Assembly: GCA_038087875.1 (NCBI GenBank)
Contig: JAXLNO010000446.1
Span: 558,001 to 622,000 of the forward strand
Direction: 5' to 3'
DNA length: 64,000 nucleotides
Origin: Malacoraja senta
Taxonomy: Eukaryota
This document shows, piece by piece, positions 57,701-64,000 of the stretch. The position numbers were made by a program, and so were the translations under genes. Numbering within the stretch: the stretch's first letter is position 1; each line of letters begins with the position of its first letter. A model generated the notes under the pieces. It was given only the letters and a program-made list of their open reading frames with translations. It did not search any database and had not been told where the DNA came from.

Positions 57701-59115
57701 AAATTTCTATTGTATGGTATTTTACAGCTTTATTCACCACATTACAGAAAGGATGTGGAGGCTTTGGGAGGGGGTGCTGAGAAGGTTAACCAGAATAATG
57801 CCTGTCTTCGAGGCTACTAGCTGTATAGAAATGTTGGACAAGCTTGGATTATTTACTCTGGAACTTTGGAGGTTGAGGGGAGACCTGATAGATGTATTTA
57901 AACATTTGAAAGTCATAGATCAGGTGGACAATAGCGACATTTTTCTCAGTTTGGAAATATCAAAGACTAGAGGTCACAAGTATGGCAGACAAAGCCTGGC
58001 AGGTAATATGTGAAGAGGGTTTTTTGATGGGTTGGACAACAGTCATAGATGGGAGATCAAGTTCTAAAAGTTGTACAAGACATTGGTGAGGACACATTTA
58101 GAGTATTGTGTTCAGTTTTCGTCACCCCGTTATAGGAAGCATGTTGTTAAGCTGGAAAGGGTGCAGAGAAGATTTACAATGAAAGTCTTCTACCCAGAGT
58201 AGAGGAATCAAGAACCAGAGGACATAGATTTAAGATTAAATGGGAAAGATTTAATAGAAACCTGAGACGTAGCTTTTTCAAAGGTTCAAAGGTTCTTTAT
58301 TTGTCACATACACCAATTGGTGTAGTGAAATGCGGATTGCCATTGCAACACATTAAAAAGAATACAACAGAACAATAATAAAGAAATGTAAACATAAAAA
58401 CATCCCCTCACAATGGTTCCCATTATGAGGGAAGGTGCAAAGTCCAGTCCCCATCCCCTTGTCCACCCATAGTTGGGCCAATTGAGGCCTCTGCAGTCAC
58501 CTTTACGGAGGCCCGATGTTCCAGGCCCTTCTCGCTGGATGATGGTGCTCCAGCGTCGGGAGAATCCTCTCAGCGGCTTGGGATACCTGGAACGGCCGCT
58601 TCCTGACCCGAGACCGCGGCTTCCAAAGCTAACAGGCCGTGCTGGATGGAGCTCCACAACTGGCGATCTCGGCAAGAGGATGAAGGTATATGGAACGAGC
58701 TGCCAGAGGAGGTAGTTGAGGCAGGGACAATAACAATATTTAAAAGATCTTTGAACAGGTACATGGATAGGAAAGGTATAGAAAGATATGGGCCATATGT
58801 GGTCAAATGGGACTAACTTAGTTGAGACATCTTGTTCAGCTTTGATGAGCAGAACTGAAGGGCCTATGTCTCTGTTGTATGACTCCATAAACATGAGACC
58901 AATTTGCTTCATGTATATAGTGTATATGCTGCGGTACTGGCAACTAGCCCTGTAAATGTTTCTGAAATCTTAATAGTTTAACCGGCTTGTACATAGTGCA
59001 CATCTCTGAAAATTAACAGAATAACTCTTTAACACAATAACTTCGGTTCATAAGACAGTTTGAATTTCACAAGCTGATGAGGTCTTTAGAAAATGACGGA
59101 TGGATGGCAACAACT

Positions 59116-59210
59116 TTAAATGCATTCGACTATCTTTTCTGAAGCTGTTGAAGGATTGAAAATCATAAAATGAAACTGAGTCAAATTTGGAGATTTACTG
59201 CATGCAACCC
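59116..59210 (-). CDS. AGA: Aspartylglucosaminidase, last coding exon (equivalent to human exon 9)
   Basis: ttctctttcag|GG then VACSKSPNLTQFHFMIFNPSTASEKIVECI then TAA; phase 1 matches the preceding exon. Confidence 0.88.
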
Positions 59211-60245
59211 CTGAAAGAGAAGAAGAATTACAGGAAGGTGTAAGTGGGAGTAACATAGTGCATCAGCTTAATTATTGTGAAAATTATTCAGCGTTTTGAT
59301 TGTTGCATATTTCTTAATGAATTATTCTCAGTTTTATACCATCCCAAAAGTAAAGCATGAAGTGTTGGTAAACTTGGATCAACCAGCATCAGTGCGAGGG
59401 AGAAAAACAGTTTCAGGTGGTTGACCTTTTAACAAAGTCGACTAACTGTCAGGTATGCATTCGCATGCATTTTCAGATGTTCATTTTCCCTTTTATTATG
59501 ATAAAAAAACAACAAAGATTCGAAGGGCCAAATGGCCTCCTCCTGCACCTATTTTCTGTGTTTCTATATTTATCCCACTCTGTTCATTCCTCTTCTCCCT
59601 CCCTTCTCCCGGCTCCTGTCCGTGGTATAGAAGCTTGAAAGTGCGCACCACCAGACTCAAGCTCCTTCCCCTCTTATCAATCTTGTGAACGGTCCTTCCA
59701 TAAGCTGGGGCACTGTTCAATTCACATTGGACTATCGATGGAACTGACGCGCTACAATGCTGAGCTAGTACTTCCTAATCCAGGCATCATTCTGGTAAAC
59801 TTCCTCTGCACCCTTTCTAAAGACTCCACATCATTCCTGTAATGGGGTGACCAGAAATGCACACAAAACTCCCCAACCAAAGTCCCATAGAACTGCATCA
59901 TGACTTCCTGACCCTCATACTCAATGCCCTGACCTATGAAGGCAATAATACCATATGCCCTCTTCATCTATTGTCTCTCTAAATCTTAATGCATGGAAAT
60001 ATTTCAAGTTTCTTTGCTGTATAATTTATTTTTCTAGACAAGTTTTATTTTTCAGAACATAAACTGTCTCAATGCAAAAGCTTCAAAACTGAGCATTTAA
60101 TATTGCTCCCATAAAATGTACATGAAATAAAACACCAATCGAAAGATGAAAGTTTTTCTGTCAGTCACAGTTTTTAACATCATGTTTTCCTTACCTGGAC
60201 AATTTTAGATTGACCCTATGTGTAGGCTTTGTTTGAAATACTTAC

Positions 60246-60379
60246 CATAATGCCCAGTCTTGTTCGCACAGATTAGAGCCCCCAAAAAGTTTGGGTGATA
60301 CTTTTGGATCCTTCCAATAGCTTTCTGGCACGCCAAAGTTGGGTCTATTCCCATTCTCATATATTCAACAGCCTGGTAG
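60246..60379 (-). CDS. AGA: AGA exon (equivalent to human exon 8)
   Basis: ttag|C then [44 protein letters not shown] then G|GTAAG; 134 bp; N-glycosylation sequon NKT. Confidence 0.94.
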
Positions 60380-60905
60380 CTAATTTGTGGAGCAAAGTTG
60401 AACATGCAATTAAAATTAAAACAATATGATGCAATAAAAACATATACAGTATGCCACAGATTGTTTTTGTTTTCCCAAATCCAATTGCACAGTCTTTCAA
60501 ACTCTACTTCCCAGTGAAGTCAACCCTTTCTTATTCTATTGTGACATCAAAATAAAATTGTTTGCGTTCCCAGTTATTACCACATACGCATCCTCTCTCC
60601 GAACAACATCACCAACCAACGACCCAACTCGATGAACTAGTCACAATCATACAACACAGAAACAGGCCCTTCGGCCCAACTAGTCCATGCCAACCAAATT
60701 GCCACATTGTCTGCTTTGATCTGTCCTCTTTGCACCTTCCACATCTCTGGACTTCCTCTCCCCTGACTCTCGTCAGATTCGCTGAGTAACTCCAGCATTT
60801 TGTGTCCATCTTCATACCACATCTAAGCTAGTTGCATTTGCCCGTGAATGGCCCATATCCTTCTAAACCTTGTGTAGGGAAGAACTGCAGGTTTAAATCG
60901 AAGGC

Positions 60906-61086
60906 AGACACAAAATGCTGGAGTAACTCAGCGGGTCAGCCAGCATCTCTGGAGAGAAGGAATGGGTGACGTTGCGCGTCGAGACCCATCTTCAAACTGG
61001 AGTAATGTCTCGACCCAAAACGTCACCCAATCCTTCTCTCCAGAGATGCTGGCTGACCCGCTGAGTTACTCCAGCATTTTGTGTCT
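60906..61086. repeat. Palindromic Penelope-terminus/MER6-like element (also at 41612-41771 and 47273-47437)
   Basis: Near-perfect inverted arms AGACACAAAATGCTGGAGTAACTCAGCGGGTCAG...; the same sequence family terminates the PLE at 5722. Confidence 0.85.
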
Positions 61087-61533
61087 TCCTTCTAAACCTT
61101 TCCTATCTATTACTTCTAGATGGCTAGTTATCTCTGCTTCTCTTACGACTTCCTGCTCTTGACTACAGTTAATTAACTAACCTGCTTCCCCATATGGGGG
61201 TAGATATCAAATAAGAGGCTTGGCTGTGACGCACTCAGCATCTGCACTCAGTCAAAAAGAGGGGAGTGAACGATCACTGCCAAATGGAAGTGAACCCCAA
61301 CACCAGTCTGTATTACAGAGATTATGACAATTGAGTCGGCGCGGACATGATGGACCTGTTTCCACGCTACCTCTATAAACTAAACTAAGACTGCTGCTGT
61401 GATGAATACAGGGCATCTTTTCAAGGGAGGTTTCACTTGGCTCAAAGTTTTAAGTATTTCAGCTCAATTAACGGCTCACAACTTATAACCGAACGTATTT
61501 CACCACCTGCAAACGTAGTGGGAGTTGCCGTAC

Positions 61534-61641
61534 CTTGGGAGGAATCGCATCATGATGTCTCCATTCCCAGTCGCAGCTGCTGCTCCAGCTGTGCTGTCAG
61601 CGTAGGCACCTGCTCCAGCTATCGGGGAATCCCCTACACGG
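61534..61641 (-). CDS. AGA: AGA exon (equivalent to human exon 7), substrate-binding residues
   Basis: ttacag|C then [35 protein letters not shown] then AG|GTACGG; 108 bp; RVGDSP and ATGNG motifs of the Ntn-hydrolase asparaginase-2 family. Confidence 0.95.
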
Positions 61642-62645
61642 CTGTAAGACACACCCACACATCACACACCCATCACTGCCCACATACACAGCTCATTGTT
61701 CTCGGGGATTACACAGCATTGCCAACAGTAGAGATAAACACAAAATACTGGAGTAACTCAGCGTGACAGAGAAATGTGAGGTGTTGCATTTTGGGAAGTC
61801 TAACATGGGCAGGACCTACACAGCGAATGGTAGGGCTCTGGGGAGCGTTGTAGAGCAGAGGGATCGTTGCAATTTGGAGTTACAATTTTCCAGCTCTTTG
61901 TGACCACTCCTGACTAGTGATTCTTGAAAGATCACCACCAATGCCTCCACAGCCTCTAAAGCCACCTCTTCAGAACCCTGGGGTGTAATACATCTAGTCC
62001 AGGTCACTTATCCACCTATAGACCTCTCAGCTTCCCAAGCACCAACTTCCCACTGCACTAACTTCTACCCCCTGGCTTTTGCATGTCTGGCCCGTTGCTG
62101 GCGTCTTCCACTGTGAAGACAGATGCAGAAAACTTAGTCTTATCTGTTTAAGATAACTTTGTATTTGAAAACTTGTTGTTTCACTTAGTGATCACTAGTT
62201 GGTTGAAACAAATCCCTTACTCGGTTACAGCAGATTGGCAATAGCAGACCCCATTTCCCAACCCCCCATAATCTATTACAACAGGGTTAACTGTATATTA
62301 CATTATGAGAGGTGTAGACAGGATGACCAGTCAGAACATTTTCCCAAGGGTGGAAATGCCAAAGGCTAGAGGGCATAGCTTTAAGGTGAGAGGGGCAAAG
62401 CTTAAAAGTTATGTGCAGGGCAAGTTTTTTTTTTACACAAAGGGCATTGAGCGCCTGAAACTCTTCACCTCTCGCCTCTGACATTTTCATCTAGGGAGCA
62501 AGATTGAATGTTGAATCAATCTATCCCAGGGGTGGTCAAAGATAGAACAAGAAAGACTAAAAATAGCATTTGGATCATCAGCTAAATCTATTTCTCGTAT
62601 GTTCTTTATGCAGAGAGAGGAAGTTCATTTGAAGCACAGACGTAC

Positions 62646-62721
62646 CCTGGGATTTTGTGGAGTAGTCCATTAGTAGAGGTCCCTGCAGCAATCGATCCAT
62701 TGCGATGAATCGTAATCATAC
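62646..62721 (-). CDS. AGA: AGA exon (equivalent to human exon 6)
   Basis: atctag|GT then MITIHRNGSIAAGTSTNGLLHKIP then GG|GTACG; 76 bp. The catalytic Thr exon lies beyond the window end. Confidence 0.93.
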
Positions 62722-62994
62722 CTAGATTCAAAATCTGGATTGATGTAAAATCATATATAACTCCCCCATTCATTTTTAGAATTATACAAAGTACCTCCTC
62801 ACTAAAAATGTCTGTGCCGAATATGAGGCACGTATACGGGTGGTGTGTTTGCAGTGGTCGCGGAAGGCCCTACAGCAGCCGAGCGATCGAGCGCAGTCTG
62901 CAGCAGCTGCACGGAGTGGCGGAGGAAGGCGGCTACAGCATTGCGCTGGGCCAGGCCCACCCCAACCTCAGTCTGCAGAAGACCCCCCCAACCT

Positions 62995-63228
62995 GAAACG
63001 TCACCTATTCATGTTCTCCAGAGATACTGCCTGACCCGCTGAGTTACTCCAACACTCTGTGAAACGTCACCTATCAATGTTCTCCACAGATGCTGCCTGA
63101 CCCGCTGAGTTACTCCAGCACTCTGTGAAACGTCACCTATCAATGTTCTCCACAGATGCTGCCTGACCCGCTGAGTTACTCCAGCACTCTGTGAAACGTC
63201 ATCTGTCCATGTTCACCAGAGATGCTAT
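62995..63228 (+). repeat. 66-bp tandem repeat (~3.5 copies) derived from the same PLE-terminal arm
   Basis: GAAACGTCA at 62995, 63061, 63127 and 63193. Confidence 0.9.
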
Positions 63229-63239
63229 CTGCTCTGCTC

Positions 63240-64000
63240 AGCTGCTCCACCTCCATCATCTGTCCTGCCACCAGCACCAGCCTAAGTGGGTCCCCTGCTA
63301 AGTGCGAGGAATTTACCACATTTTTCACCAGCAAGGTAAAGAATATAAGAACGAATATTTCCCCTCCCACCCGTGACCTGGCTGTCTCATTAGTCTGCTC
63401 TTCAAAATTAGACGGTTTCCAACCCATTACTCTACCCTCCCTTGTAAAACTGATCACCACCATGAAACCTACTACCTGCCCCCTCGACACTGCCCCTCTG
63501 CCCTCCTAAAGGACGTCATTACAACAGCTAGTCCCAGCATCCTCACCATCTTCAACAGCTCTCTGGCCACTGGCATTGTACCGACCTGCTTCAAGCAAGC
63601 GGTGGTCCAACCACTCCTGAAAAAACCTAACCTCGACCCCACCTTGCCAAGCATCTACAGACCCATTTCTAAACTGCCTTTCCTCTCAAAAGCCCTTGAA
63701 AACGTAATTTGAAGTCAACTTATACCTTACCTTCACCAAAACACTATCTTGGAAACTTTCCAATCAGGTTTCAGGGCTCACCATAGCACAGAGTTTGCCT
63801 TGTTGAAGGTACATAATGACCTACTGCTCACCGTTGACTCCGGCGACTGTGTAATTCTGCTCCTTCTTGACCTCAGCGCAGCATTTGATACTGTCGACCA
63901 CACCATCCTAATTGGCCATCTCCGGTATTGGGTTGGTATTGATGGCACTGCCATGAGCTGGTTCATCTCCTACCTCAAAGGTAGGAGTTTCTCGACTAAC
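63240..64000 (+). mobile_element. L2-clade LINE RT fragment
   Basis: PLLKKPNLDP, YRPISKLPFLSK, FQSGFRAHHSTE, LLDLSAAFDTVDH; stops and frameshifts. Confidence 0.85.

Overview
Vertebrate genomic DNA, most likely a cartilaginous fish (skate/ray/shark, inferred from the HE1-type SINE, CR1, Rex1 and Penelope-like repeats). It carries parts of three genes that are also linked on human 4q34: the last three coding exons of WDR17 (minus, 1629-4639), the last four coding exons of NEIL3 (plus, 36871-47064; RanBP2-type zinc finger and two GRF zinc fingers) and the last four coding exons of AGA (minus, 59116-62721), convergent with NEIL3. Between WDR17 and NEIL3 lie a 200-N gap (6472-6671) and about 30 kb dominated by a G-rich 20-bp satellite (consensus GGCTGGCGTTGGGGTTCAGA). 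Its right part is a near-identical ~4.45-kb composite tandem repeat (3 full copies plus 1 partial) containing satellite, an ERV-integrase-like remnant, a CpG-rich promoter-like segment and retroposon fragments. The 5' parts of both WDR17 and NEIL3 are missing where they should be, which points to an inverted or mis-oriented contig at the gap. The rest is dense with nested retroelements (CR1, Rex1/L2, RTE, L1/Tx1, Penelope-like with hammerhead-ribozyme motifs, two LTR remnants with intact TSDs). I found no demonstrably new protein-coding system; the long ORFs in the satellite are repeat artefacts. Protein identifications and exon numbers rest on my recall of the human orthologues, not on a database search.
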